Of a stretch of 64,000 bases of DNA, positions 13,312 to 23,044 are shown in pieces. Each line of letters opens with the position of its first letter. Positions within the stretch are counted from its first letter, which is position 1. The stretch spans positions 922 through 64,921 of the forward strand of contig DATJZU010000026.1 in assembly GCA_035498835.1 (NCBI GenBank), in the 5' to 3' direction. Below the pieces are notes generated by a model. The model made no database searches. It saw nothing but the letters and a program-made list of their open reading frames with translations, and was not told the origin of the DNA. The position numbers and the translations under genes are program-made. The DNA is from Thermoanaerobaculia bacterium (lineage in GTDB: Bacteria; Acidobacteriota; Thermoanaerobaculia; UBA5066; Gp7-AA6).

Positions 13312-14178
13312 ATGCCGAAGATCCGCGTCGCGGTGTTCCCGGCCGCTGGCCTGGGAACGCGATTCCTCCCGGCCACCAAGGCGCAGCCCAAGGAGATGCT
13401 GCCGCTCGTCGACCGGCCGCTCGTGCAGTACGTCGTCGAGGAGGCGCGCCGCGCCGGCCTCGAGCGCATCGTGATCGTGACCGGCCGCGGCAAGAACGCG
13501 ATCGAGGACCACTTCGACACGTCCTTCGAGCTCGAAGCGATGCTCGAGGAGCGCGGGAAGGCGGATCTGCTCGAGGAAGTGCGGGCGATCTCCGACCTGA
13601 TCCCCGTCTCCTACGTCCGGCAAAAGAGCGCGCTCGGACTCGGACACGCCGTGCTCCAGGCGAAGGATCTCGTCGGGAACGAGCCGTTCGCCGTGATGCT
13701 CGGCGACGACATCGTGGACGCCGACGAGCCGTGCATCGGGCAGATGCTGCGGCTCTACGAGCGCCGCGGCAATCCGGTGATCGCGCTCCAGGAAGTCCCG
13801 CGCTCGGAGACGCGGCAGTACGGGATCGTGGCAGGAAAGAAGATCGAGGACCGCGTCGTCGCGATCGAGGACATGGTCGAGAAGCCGTCGCCGGACAAGG
13901 CGCCGTCGAACCTGGCGATCATCGGGCGGTATCTGCTGCCGCCGGAGATCTTCCAGATCCTCGAGGAGACGCACTCCGACGTGGGCGGCGAAATCCAGTT
14001 GACGTCCGCGCTCAAGACGTTGCTCGCGCGGCGGCCGATCGACGGCTATCTGTTCGAGGGCAAGCGCTACGACGCGGGCGACAAGCTCGGGTTCCTGAAG
14101 GCGACCGTCGAGTTCGCTCTGAAGCGGAAGGACCTGGGCGCGCCGTTTCGGGGTTATCTGAAGGGGCTGAAGCTGTAG
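13312..14178 (+). CDS. galU: UTP-glucose-1-phosphate uridylyltransferase
   Basis: AVFPAAGLGTRFLPATKAQPKEMLP, VEKP, YDAGDKLGFLKA; start at MPKIR. Confidence 0.95.
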   Translation: MPKIRVAVFPAAGLGTRFLPATKAQPKEMLPLVDRPLVQYVVEEARRAGLERIVIVTGRGKNAIEDHFDTSFELEAMLEERGKADLLEEVRAISDLIPVSYVRQKSALGLGHAVLQAKDLVGNEPFAVMLGDDIVDADEPCIGQMLRLYERRGNPVIALQEVPRSETRQYGIVAGKKIEDRVVAIEDMVEKPSPDKAPSNLAIIGRYLLPPEIFQILEETHSDVGGEIQLTSALKTLLARRPIDGYLFEGKRYDAGDKLGFLKATVEFALKRKDLGAPFRGYLKGLKL

Positions 14179-14200
14179 TCCGCTCCACGGCGCCCCGCCC

Positions 14201-14225
14201 GGGCGGCCGCGAGGGCCGCCCCTAC
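14201..14225 (-). repeat. Single GTAG-type REP palindrome
   Basis: Reverse complement reads GTAGGGGCGGCCCTCGCGGCCGCCC, nearly identical to a unit at 47673. Confidence 0.75.
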
Positions 14226-14545
14226 TCCTTCGCCGCCTTCTTCTCCTTCTTTTCCTTCTTCTCGACCTTCTCGGATTTCCCGGCGGACTCGGACTTGGTC
14301 TCGCTCTTCGATTCGCTCTTCGATTCGGTCTTCGACTCGCTCTTGCCGCCGCCGCCCTCGCCGCTCGCGCGCGCGTAGTCGGTGATGTAGAACCCGCTCC
14401 CCTTGAACTGGATGGCGGGCGCGGAGATCGCCTTCTTCAGTTTCCCGCCACAATGCGGGCAGACTCTCAGCGGCCGCTCGCCGATCCGCTGGATGACCTC
14501 GGTCTTCTTGCGGCATTTCTCGCAGAGGTACTCGTAGATGGGCAT
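14222..14545 (-). CDS. FmdB-family zinc-ribbon protein with Lys/Ser/Glu-rich tail
   Basis: MPIYEYLCEKC...CPHCGG...FKGSGFYITDY. Confidence 0.9.
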   Translation of the reverse strand: MPIYEYLCEKCRKKTEVIQRIGERPLRVCPHCGGKLKKAISAPAIQFKGSGFYITDYARASGEGGGGKSESKTESKSESKSETKSESAGKSEKVEKKEKKEKKAAKE

Positions 14546-14553
14546 GGAAATAA

Positions 14554-14617
14554 GCTATCAGCTATCAGCTTTCGGCTCTCCGCTCTGGCTGAAAGCTGAG
14601 AGCTGAGGGCTGATAGC
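14554..14617. repeat. Heptamer-built palindromic element, copy 5
   Basis: GCTATCA GCTATCA GCTTTCG GCTCTC-CGC-TCTGGC TGAAAGC TGAGAGC TGAGGGC TGATAGC. Confidence 0.9.
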
Positions 14618-15378
14618 TATGCCAGGCTTCCCCCACCCGTGTTGTACCGGATCTTCTTCGCGCCGGGCGGAGTGGCCGCGCTCTTGCGCAGAAGACCGAG
14701 ACAGAAGAACGCGTACAGGAGGCGCGCGTTGTCCGCCGCGGCGCCCGGGCCCTTGCCGCACAGCGGCTGGAGCGCCGTCTTCCCGTCCACACGGTCGTAG
14801 TACGCGCGTTCCTCCGGGGCGAAGAGCGACAGGAGATCGCCCGGTGTGCGCTCGAGCAGCGTCGTGGCCTGCCCGAGCCGCTGGACGAGCCGGCGCGGGT
14901 CGGCCGACCGCCGGATCCCTTCGACGATGACTTCCGGAATCGAGAGATCGATGCGGATGACCTCGTCCGACCGCCGCTCGCCGATGTCGAAGACGACTTC
15001 TCCCGAATCCCAGTCGAAGGCGCCCCAGAGGATCTCGCGGATCTGGCCCGACACGGCGTCGCGCAGGCCGTCCTCGTCGAGGACTCCCATCTCGAGCAGG
15101 ATCTGCCCGAGACGCACGCCCTGCCGAACCTGCCGCGCCGCTTCGCGGGCGACGTCGGCCGCCAGGATCCGCCGCCGCAGCAAATACGCGCCGAGGCTCG
15201 CTTCGCGCTCGTTGGTCGCGGCGAAGACGACGAGCCCGTCGTCGATGTAGACGAGCCGCTGCCGCGCCTCCCGCGAGACGCGGACGACGCCGGGAACCCG
15301 GTAGCGATGGATCGTGGCCAGGATCTCGGCGAGCGGAGTCACCGCGAGGTCGCCGCGGTACTCGAAGCGCTTTTCCAT
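14617..15378 (-). CDS. DUF4388 (PATAN-like) domain protein
   Basis: YRGDLAVTPLAEILATI...G...IYxxxGxVVFA, RLGQILLEMG, WDSGEVVF pattern. Confidence 0.75.
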   Translation of the reverse strand: MEKRFEYRGDLAVTPLAEILATIHRYRVPGVVRVSREARQRLVYIDDGLVVFAATNEREASLGAYLLRRRILAADVAREAARQVRQGVRLGQILLEMGVLDEDGLRDAVSGQIREILWGAFDWDSGEVVFDIGERRSDEVIRIDLSIPEVIVEGIRRSADPRRLVQRLGQATTLLERTPGDLLSLFAPEERAYYDRVDGKTALQPLCGKGPGAAADNARLLYAFFCLGLLRKSAATPPGAKKIRYNTGGGSLA

Positions 15379-15460
15379 TCTCGGCTTGGGATCATGGTAG
15401 CGCGGCCGGGCGGCGCGCGGTAGGGGATTCCGGGCGCCGGGACCGTAGAATCGGGCGGCA

Positions 15461-16666
15461 ATGATGACGGTCGCCGAAGCCCTCGCCGCGATCGGCCGCC
15501 TGACGCCCCTCGGAACGGAGGAGATTCCGCTCGCCGAGGCGTCGGAGCGCGTGCTCGCCCGCGCGGTTCGCGCCGACGTCGACTGGCCGCCGTTCGAGAC
15601 CTCGGCGATGGACGGTTACGCCGTGCGGCTCGAGGACGTGCGCGCGCCCGGGACGACGCTCGCCGAGCGCGAGGGACTCGTCGCGGCCGGCGACGCGCCT
15701 CCCCCGCCGATCCGGCCCGGACAGGCCGTTCGCGTCATGACCGGCGCCGCGATGCCGGAGAACGCCGAGGCCGTCGTCCCGGTCGAGCAGGTGCGCCGCG
15801 AAGCCGGGCGCGTCCGGCTGGAGGTCGTCCCGGCTGCCGGCGCGCATCTGCGCCGGCGCGGCGAAAGCATCGCGGCCGGCACCGAGCTGCTGGCCGCCGG
15901 CCGGCGCCTCGCGGCGAGCGACATCGCCCTCGCGGCGATGGCCGGCGCCGATCCCGTGGCGGTCTTCCGGCGGCCGAGGATCGCGATCGCGGCCACCGGC
16001 AACGAGCTCGTCCCCGCCGGCGAGACGCCGAGGGCCGGGCAGCTGCGCGACTCGAACGGCCCCATGCTCGCGGCGCTCTGCCGCGAGCGAGGATGGCCCG
16101 CGGCGGCGCGTCCGCGCGTGGCGGACGACCACGCCGGCGTGGCCCGGCTCTTCGCCGAAGCGGGGGCGCACGAGGACATCCTCATGACGTCCGGCGGCGT
16201 CTCGGCGGGCGACCTCGACCTGCTGCCTCCCGCGGCGCAGAAGGCCGGCTTCGAGCTGCTCTTCCACGGCGTCGCCATGCGTCCGGCAAAACCCGTCGCC
16301 GTCGCGCGCCGCGGCGCGACGATCTGGATCGGGTTGCCGGGCAATCCCGTGTCCACGTCGGTCGGCTTCCACCTCTTCGCCCGCGAGATCGCGGGCCGCC
16401 TCGAGGGCGACGCGCGCCCCGGAGCCCCGCGCGTCACGGCGAAGCTCGCGGCGCCGATCGGAGCGGCCGGCGCGCGGGAGTCCTACCGCGACGCGGTCTG
16501 GGAAACCTCCCACGGCGAGAGCCGCGTGACGGAATTGCGCTCGGCCGGCAGCCACGACATCGGCGCGCATGCGCGCGCAAACGCCCTGATCGTCCAGCCC
16601 GCCGGATCCGGCGCGCTGCCGGCGGGCGCGGTCGTCACGTGCCTCCTCACCCGGGACCTCCCGTGA
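15461..16666 (+). CDS. moeA: Molybdopterin molybdotransferase MoeA
   Basis: PPFETSAMDGYA, VMTGAAMP, ATGNEL, DSNGPML, SGGVSAGDLD, GLPGNPVS. Confidence 0.9.
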   Translation: MMTVAEALAAIGRLTPLGTEEIPLAEASERVLARAVRADVDWPPFETSAMDGYAVRLEDVRAPGTTLAEREGLVAAGDAPPPPIRPGQAVRVMTGAAMPENAEAVVPVEQVRREAGRVRLEVVPAAGAHLRRRGESIAAGTELLAAGRRLAASDIALAAMAGADPVAVFRRPRIAIAATGNELVPAGETPRAGQLRDSNGPMLAALCRERGWPAAARPRVADDHAGVARLFAEAGAHEDILMTSGGVSAGDLDLLPPAAQKAGFELLFHGVAMRPAKPVAVARRGATIWIGLPGNPVSTSVGFHLFAREIAGRLEGDARPGAPRVTAKLAAPIGAAGARESYRDAVWETSHGESRVTELRSAGSHDIGAHARANALIVQPAGSGALPAGAVVTCLLTRDLP

Positions 16667-17451
16667 GACGCAGCGCCGCCGCGGATCACGCGACTCCTGT
16701 AGCCGACCACCGGGAGACGTGCTCGGCCGACGGCGTCGCGATTGCCTACACGCTCTGGCGGCGGCCGTCGAAGCAGCTCATCGTCCTCGCGCCGGGCTTC
16801 TGGCGCGTGCGCCTCGCGCGCGAGAACCTCTTCCTCGCGACGTTCTTCGTGCGCCGCGGCTACGACGTCGCCGCCCTCGACTTCCGCGGACACGGCGACA
16901 GCGCCGGCGCGTACACCTTCGGAACGTTCGAGCCGAACGACCTGAAGGCGGTCCTCGACGAGCTCGTGGGGGCCGGCCGGCCCTACGATGAGTTCGCGCT
17001 GCTCGGCCTGTCGCTCGGAGGCACGATCGCGGCCGAGGCCCTGTCGCGCTGGCCCGAGCTTCCCTGCCGCGGGCTCGTGATGGTCTCGTCCCCGGCCGAC
17101 CTGCGCGCCATCCGCCCGAAGCCCTGGAAGTCCGGCGCGGTCCGGCAGGTGCGCCTGCGCCACGCGCTGCGGCCCCCGCGCGTTTCGCGCCACACGCGCC
17201 TGTCCGCGACGCCGCGCGGCCACGAGGCCATCGCGAACCTCGCCATGCCGAAGCTGATCGTGACGGCGGAGGGCGACTGGCTGGTCGATCCGTCGCATGG
17301 ACGGCGCCTCGCGCGCGCCGCGGCCCCGCCGGTGGACGACGTGCACCTGAACCTGCCGGGGTCGCTGCACGCCGACGGACTCGTCAAGTTCCGGCCGCTG
17401 CGCTTGCTGCGCCTGCTGGACCGGTGGTTCCTTCGGAACGCCCCGCCGTAG
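16663..17451 (+). CDS. Alpha/beta hydrolase
   Basis: GTGA coupling to moeA; DFRGHGDS and GLSLG nucleophile elbow. Confidence 0.8.
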   Translation: MRRSAAADHATPVADHRETCSADGVAIAYTLWRRPSKQLIVLAPGFWRVRLARENLFLATFFVRRGYDVAALDFRGHGDSAGAYTFGTFEPNDLKAVLDELVGAGRPYDEFALLGLSLGGTIAAEALSRWPELPCRGLVMVSSPADLRAIRPKPWKSGAVRQVRLRHALRPPRVSRHTRLSATPRGHEAIANLAMPKLIVTAEGDWLVDPSHGRRLARAAAPPVDDVHLNLPGSLHADGLVKFRPLRLLRLLDRWFLRNAPP

Positions 17452-17453
17452 GA

Positions 17454-17534
17454 GCTAGCAGCGATCAGCTGTCAGCTGTCAGCCGGAGTCTGCGATTCCG
17501 TCTGGCTGAAAGCTGAGAGCTGAAAGCTGACGGC
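17454..17534. repeat. Heptamer-built palindromic element, copy 6
   Basis: GCTAGCA GCGATCA GCTGTCA GCTGTCA GCCGGA-13 nt-TCTGGC TGAAAGC TGAGAGC TGAAAGC TGACGGC. Confidence 0.95.
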
Positions 17535-18277
17535 TAGAAGTTCAACGCCCCTTCCGGCGTGAAGAACTTGTCGTCGATCTTTGCCGAGCGATAGTCGAGA
17601 TATTCGAGCCGCGTGACGGTCCGAGGCTGGTTCGTCAGGAGGTCGCGCACCTCCATGGCGGCGACGAAGGTCTGGCCGCCGGACTTCCGGAATTTCAGAA
17701 ACGTGACGTCCTTGGCCTGCTTGCCCGACGGCAGCGAGAAGAGAAGCCGGCACGGCAGCCGCGCCGCCTCGTCGAACCAGAGCACGACCTTGCTGTAGGG
17801 CGCCTTGTCCGACTTCGCCGTCAGATCCACGACGCGGCAGGGCTTGCCGCCGACGGTCTCCGTTCCGGGCCGCGCGACGCCCGCGTAGTCCTTCGCGAAC
17901 TCGATGCGCGCCACGTCGCCCACCGAGGCGCCGCCGAGAAGCCGCTGGTTCGGCGTGATCGGCAGGGCCCGCGACGCGCCGGGCACCATCAGCCACATCT
18001 TCTCGCCGACGTTCAGGATCTTGCGGCCGTCGTTCTTGCCGCCGCGAAACACGATGAGCCCCTTGTCGTCCCCTTTCGTGTAAATCTCGAAGTCCGCGCT
18101 GCCCGTGACCTTGCCGTCCGTGACCTGGCTCGCGCGCGCGGTGATGACGGCCTCGGAGAAGGCGTTGCGCGCCCGATCCACGTCCACGAGCCAGGACGCG
18201 ATCTGGTCCGGTGTTTGCGCGGGCGCCGCGCCGGCCAGAAGGACAAGAAGGACGGCGAACCTCCGGACCCTACACAT
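17534..18277 (-). CDS. LolA-like 'outer membrane lipoprotein-sorting' periplasmic protein
   Basis: Signal peptide; G.K.L..G..MW...PG.SR.L.I...QRLLGGAS.GD pattern; last gene of the ABC operon. Confidence 0.7.
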   Translation of the reverse strand: MCRVRRFAVLLVLLAGAAPAQTPDQIASWLVDVDRARNAFSEAVITARASQVTDGKVTGSADFEIYTKGDDKGLIVFRGGKNDGRKILNVGEKMWLMVPGASRALPITPNQRLLGGASVGDVARIEFAKDYAGVARPGTETVGGKPCRVVDLTAKSDKAPYSKVVLWFDEAARLPCRLLFSLPSGKQAKDVTFLKFRKSGGQTFVAAMEVRDLLTNQPRTVTRLEYLDYRSAKIDDKFFTPEGALNF

Positions 18278-19493
18278 GCGTCAGCGCCTCCACGATCGAG
18301 ATCCGCGACGCCCGGCGCGCCGGGAAGTAGGACGCGACGAGCATCGTCAGGACCATCGCGAGAATTCCCGCGGCATATGCCAGCGGATAGAACTCCACGT
18401 TGATCGGCATCCCGTGCGTCGCGCCGGGCGGCGGCGGCAGGATGATGCCCGACGCGTTCAGCGCCGATCGGATGATGAGCGCGAGCACCGCCCCGGCCAC
18501 GCAGCCGATGAGCGCTATCGCGACGCCCTCGGTCAGGAACATCCGCTGGATCCCGGACGGCCGCGTCCCGAGCGCGCGCAGCGTTCCGATCTCGCGGGTG
18601 CGCTCCGTCACCGCCATCGTCATGACGATCGCCGCCGAGAGGATCACGATCACGATGAGAACCGCGCCCACGAAACCGAAGATTCCGATGTAGAGGAGCT
18701 TCACCTGCCCGTAGAAGACGGCGAGATCTTTCCAGTGCCGCACCGCAATCGGATAGCCCGCCGCCGTGAGCGACTGCTCGAGGCGCTGCGCGACACGGTT
18801 CTCGTCGGCGTCTGGCTTGAGGAACACGACGAGCTTCGAGACCGTGCCGTCGGACTGCAGGAGCCGCCCGGCCAACCGCTCGCCGATCGCGACATAACGG
18901 TCGTTCAGTTCCTTGATGCGCACGTCCACGAGGCCGACAACCGTCGCGTCGACCGCGTTCAAGGTCGCGTCCGGCGTCGTGGCCATGAGCGTGATCGAGT
19001 CGCCCGGCTTGACCGCGAGGGCCGAGGCCATCCCCGTGCCGAGGACGACGCCGTCGCCGCCGTCGCCCGAAAGGTAGCGCCCCGAGACGATGAGGTCGCC
19101 CGCCAGGGTCGCCTTCGCCTCCGGCTCCGGGTCCACGCCGACGCCCAGGAACGGCACCGAGCGGGCCCCGTTGGTCCCGAGGCCGACGAAATCGATGCGC
19201 GGGATGACCGCTTCGACCGCCGGATCGCGGGCCACGATGGCGCGCGCGCGGGCGCCGTCGTGTAACCCGAACTCGAGCGTCTTCTCCTCGGTGCCCGAGA
19301 CGGCGCGGCGGTCCACGACCTGGAGCTGTCCGACGCTCTGGATCGTGCCCTCCTTCAGGCCGGCGAAAGACTGGGCGATGAAGCCGCCCGCCAGCGCGAA
19401 CGCCGCGAACCCGAGAGCGACGACGGCGCCCATCAGGATCGTCCGGCGCCGCTGCCGGAGCAGATTCCGCCAGGCCAGCGCGAAGGCGTTCAT
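18270..19493 (-). CDS. ABC transporter permease (LolE/FtsX/MacB family)
   Basis: LAWRNLLRQRRRT, large periplasmic loop, AVTERTREIGTLRALG, SYFPARRAS. Confidence 0.9.
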   Translation of the reverse strand: MNAFALAWRNLLRQRRRTILMGAVVALGFAAFALAGGFIAQSFAGLKEGTIQSVGQLQVVDRRAVSGTEEKTLEFGLHDGARARAIVARDPAVEAVIPRIDFVGLGTNGARSVPFLGVGVDPEPEAKATLAGDLIVSGRYLSGDGGDGVVLGTGMASALAVKPGDSITLMATTPDATLNAVDATVVGLVDVRIKELNDRYVAIGERLAGRLLQSDGTVSKLVVFLKPDADENRVAQRLEQSLTAAGYPIAVRHWKDLAVFYGQVKLLYIGIFGFVGAVLIVIVILSAAIVMTMAVTERTREIGTLRALGTRPSGIQRMFLTEGVAIALIGCVAGAVLALIIRSALNASGIILPPPPGATHGMPINVEFYPLAYAAGILAMVLTMLVASYFPARRASRISIVEALTHV

Positions 19494-20239
19494 CGCGCGA
19501 CGTCCGATTCGACGCGCCCGTCGTGGAGCAAGACGACGCGCCGCGCCCGCGCGACGACGCGCGGATCGTGCGTGGCGAAGAGGAACGCGACGCCGCCCGA
19601 CTCGCTGACCTCGCGCATCAGGTCGAGGATCCCGTCCGCCGTGTGCGAATCGAGGTTCGCCGTCGGCTCGTCCGCGAAGACGAGCTCGGGACGATTGGCG
19701 AGCGCCCGCGCGATCGCGACGCGCTGCCGCTGTCCTCCGGAGAGCAGATCCGGTCTCACGCCGTACTTGCCCTGCAGACCGACCGCGTCGAGCAGCTCCC
19801 GCGCGCGCCGCGAGCGCTCCTCCGCCGCGACGCCGGCGAGCGCCATCGGGTAGGCGACGTTCTCCTCGGCCGAGAGGACGGCGAGCAGGTTGAACGTCTG
19901 GAAGACGAAACCGAACCGGTCGCGGCGCAGGTCCGAACGCGCGTCCTCCGAGAGGGAGTTCGCGTCCTGGCCCGCCACCGCGATCTCACCTTGATCCGGC
20001 CGGTCGAGAAGCCCGAGGAGATTCAGGAGCGTCGTCTTTCCGGAGCCGCTCGGGCCCTGGAGCGCCACGAACTCTCCCCGGCGGACCTCGAGCGACACGT
20101 CGCGCACCGCCGGCACCACGGCGGCGCCGAGGCGATAGAAGCGCGAGACCTCGCGGGCGGCGACGAGCGCGGGAGCGGCCGCGCCGGCCGCCGAGGAGCG
20201 CCCGCCTCCGCCCGCTTCCGTTCCCGCCGAAGTCGCCAC
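19490..20239 (-). CDS. ABC transporter ATP-binding protein (LolD-like)
   Basis: GPSGSGKTT, FVFQTFNL, LSGGQRQRVAIARA, ADEPTANLD, FATHD. Start placed at a GTG after GGAGG. Confidence 0.9.
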   Translation of the reverse strand: MATSAGTEAGGGGRSSAAGAAAPALVAAREVSRFYRLGAAVVPAVRDVSLEVRRGEFVALQGPSGSGKTTLLNLLGLLDRPDQGEIAVAGQDANSLSEDARSDLRRDRFGFVFQTFNLLAVLSAEENVAYPMALAGVAAEERSRRARELLDAVGLQGKYGVRPDLLSGGQRQRVAIARALANRPELVFADEPTANLDSHTADGILDLMREVSESGGVAFLFATHDPRVVARARRVVLLHDGRVESDVAR

Positions 20240-20442
20240 GTCGATCCATCCTCCCGAGGTCTTCGCCGTGCGGAGTCTAGCCCGCCCGAGAAGACGCAAA
20301 TCGCGCGCCCGGTGGCGCGGCGCGCCGCGGCGTGCTACCTTTTTCGATGCCCCGGCGGACCGGACCGGTCGACCTGTCGCCCCGCAAGACACTCGGAGAA
20401 AGCGGCGGCGGGAGCCCTCCGCGCGCGGGCGGAGGTCACCGC

Positions 20443-22509
20443 TTGAAGTCGATCGCGCTCGCCGCCCTGCTGCCGATCCTCGCGTCTCCGGCCCTGCGGG
20501 GGCAGGAGACGCCGCCCGGTCCCACGCCGACTCCCGCGGCGGCCGGGAAGGTCCATGAGGAGATGGTCGTCACGGCCGAGCGCGGGCCGGAACCGCTCGC
20601 GGAGACGCCGGCTTCCGTCTCCATCCTGACCCGCGAGGACATCGGTCGCGTGCCGGCGCAGGACCTGTCCGAGCTGCTCGAGTTTCTGCCCGGCTTCCAT
20701 GCGCTCTTCCGCGAGAGCTTCGGCGGGCCGCCCCCGATCGTGACGTCGCGCGGCTTCTTCGGCGGCGGCACGGCCGACTACGTGCAGCTCCGCGTGGATG
20801 GCGTGCCGGTCGAAGACGTCGAGTCGGGCCTCGCCGACTGGCGGCGCATCCGCGCCGCGGACATCGAGCGCGTCGAGGCGCTGCGCGGCCCGGCGTCGTC
20901 GCTCTACGGGGACACGGCGCTCGGCGGCGTCATCCAGGTCTTCACGCGGCCATCGCCGCCGCCCGGCGGCACGTCGCTTTCCGCCTCGGCTTCCGGCGGC
21001 AGCTTCGGCACGGCCGCGGCGGACGTCTCCGCGGGCTTCGGCGGCTCGGCCGTTTCGGGCGGAATCGGCGGCACGTACTTTCGCACCGACGGCTATCGCG
21101 CCCACAACTCGGAGGAGAGCGGCATCCTCGGTCTCTCGACGTCGGGAGCGCTCGGCTCCGGCAAGTGGTCGGTCGATCTCGATCTCGACCGGACGAACCG
21201 CGAGGACCCCGGTGCGCTCCTCGGCGACCAGTACGCGGCCGACGACCGCCAATCCGATCCCCTCTACCGCTTCGACGAGACCGACACCGACCGCGGCCGC
21301 CTGGCTCTCTCCTTTCGCCAGCCCGATGGGCCGGTTCCCTACCAGGCAACGCTCTCCGGCCTGATCCGCAGCGCCGGCATCCTGCAGACGCTTCCCGTCG
21401 CGCCGGGCATCGGCAACCGCACGTTCCGCGATCTGCACTCGGGCGCGCTCGGGGGAATCTTCGAGGGCGAGAAGTCCTGGCGCCTCTTCGACCGAGACGG
21501 CCTGATACGCCTCGGCGCCGAGCTCGGGCACGAGACGCTCGACACCAACTATCGCTTCGTGGACGAATCGGGCGAGAAGGGACCGATCGTCTCGAGCGAG
21601 GACGGCTCGCGCAACCGCACCGCGGTGTTTCTGACGGGCGACTACCGCGTGACCGATCGCATGCGCCTCACGGGCGGCGTGCGGTGGGACCGGATCGCCG
21701 ACGATTTCCACGTCGAGGGGACGACGCAGACGAACGAGGCCTGGTCGCCGCGCGCCGGCCTGAACTATCGCGTCGGCGATCTCGCCGCCGCGCCGGTCGC
21801 CTTCTATTTCCAGTTCTCGCGTTCCTTCAAAGCGCCGACGCTCGATCAGCTCTTCGACCCGCATCCCTTCGACGACTTCCAAGGCGGCACGATCTCGATC
21901 TCCAACCCGCACCTCGTCCCGCAGAAAGCCCAGAACTTCGAGGTCGGCGTTTCGCAGGACCTGAAGGACCTGCGTTGGGACGTGCTCGCGTATCGGATGA
22001 CCGTGGACAACGAGATCGACTTCGATCCGGCGACCTTCTCGTACCAGAACATCGGCGCGAGCCTCCACCGCGGCGTCGAAGCGACGGTGCGATTGAACGC
22101 GCTGGGCTTCCTCACCCCCTACGTCTCCTACACCTGGACGCGCGTCGAGTCGCGCACAGGAGAGCACGAGGGCTCGCAATTGAAGAACGTACCCGAGCAT
22201 CTCGTCCGCGCCGGCCTCTCGGCGTCGCTGCCGGCCGGGCTCGGCGCCGAGGCGATCTGGACCTGGATGGGCCGGCGCTGGCTCGACGACGACGACGTCC
22301 TTCCGCTGGGCGACGCGTCGATCGTGGACCTGCGGCTCTCGAAGTCGTTCGGCTCGCTCCGCGCGCGCCTCGACCTGTCGAACCTGACGAACACCAAGTA
22401 CGCGCAGTACGGCTTCGCGCTGACGGACTTCTCGACGGGCCAGCCGGCGCCGTTCTACTATCCCGGCGCGCGTTTCGCGGCGCGATTCGGGATCGACTGG
22501 ACGAAGTAG
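20443..22509 (+). CDS. TonB-dependent receptor
   Basis: GGAGG then TTG start, signal peptide, EEMVVTAER TonB-box region, IERVEALRGPASSLYG plug motif, barrel ending in FGIDW. Confidence 0.9.
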   Translation: MKSIALAALLPILASPALRGQETPPGPTPTPAAAGKVHEEMVVTAERGPEPLAETPASVSILTREDIGRVPAQDLSELLEFLPGFHALFRESFGGPPPIVTSRGFFGGGTADYVQLRVDGVPVEDVESGLADWRRIRAADIERVEALRGPASSLYGDTALGGVIQVFTRPSPPPGGTSLSASASGGSFGTAAADVSAGFGGSAVSGGIGGTYFRTDGYRAHNSEESGILGLSTSGALGSGKWSVDLDLDRTNREDPGALLGDQYAADDRQSDPLYRFDETDTDRGRLALSFRQPDGPVPYQATLSGLIRSAGILQTLPVAPGIGNRTFRDLHSGALGGIFEGEKSWRLFDRDGLIRLGAELGHETLDTNYRFVDESGEKGPIVSSEDGSRNRTAVFLTGDYRVTDRMRLTGGVRWDRIADDFHVEGTTQTNEAWSPRAGLNYRVGDLAAAPVAFYFQFSRSFKAPTLDQLFDPHPFDDFQGGTISISNPHLVPQKAQNFEVGVSQDLKDLRWDVLAYRMTVDNEIDFDPATFSYQNIGASLHRGVEATVRLNALGFLTPYVSYTWTRVESRTGEHEGSQLKNVPEHLVRAGLSASLPAGLGAEAIWTWMGRRWLDDDDVLPLGDASIVDLRLSKSFGSLRARLDLSNLTNTKYAQYGFALTDFSTGQPAPFYYPGARFAARFGIDWTK

Positions 22510-22618
22510 AGGGCGCTCGCGGGCCGCCGACAGGCTCTCCGCCCCCCCGCTGCCTACCCGGCAACTGATGCGATCGCCTCAGGCAGGCGGGCGAGGGAAC
22601 GCGCCACGATTGAGCGTC

Positions 22619-23044
22619 ATGACATTTCCGCTGCAAATCCAATTCCATTCCCTGTCGCCTTCCGAGGCGATCGAGACGAAGGTCCGGGACCACTTCGAGC
22701 GCCTGGAGCGCTTCTCGGACCGGATCCAGAAATGCCACGTCTGGATCGAGAAGCCGACGGGCCATCACCGCAAGGGCTGGCTTTACAAGGTCCAGGCGCG
22801 ATTGACGGTCCCCGGCGAAGAGATCGTCATCTCCCAGCCGGCCGAGGAGGACGTGGGCGCGGCGATCCGGAACGCTTTCGACGCGACCCGGCGGAAGCTC
22901 GAGGATCACGAGCGCCGTCTTCGGGGCCGTCTCAAGTCCCATCCCCGCCGGCGGGCCCGATCGGCCGCGGGAGGCGCCGCGTCGGAGAAGACGCGAACGG
23001 GCGGTCAGCGGCCGGTGAAAGACCGAATGAAGAGGCTCCCATGA
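22619..23044 (+). CDS. HPF/RaiA-family ribosome-associated protein
   Basis: LQIQFHSLSPSEAIE...LERFSDRI..CHV...H...V...L.VPG.EI...AAIRNAFD.TRRKL. Confidence 0.75.
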   Translation: MTFPLQIQFHSLSPSEAIETKVRDHFERLERFSDRIQKCHVWIEKPTGHHRKGWLYKVQARLTVPGEEIVISQPAEEDVGAAIRNAFDATRRKLEDHERRLRGRLKSHPRRRARSAAGGAASEKTRTGGQRPVKDRMKRLP

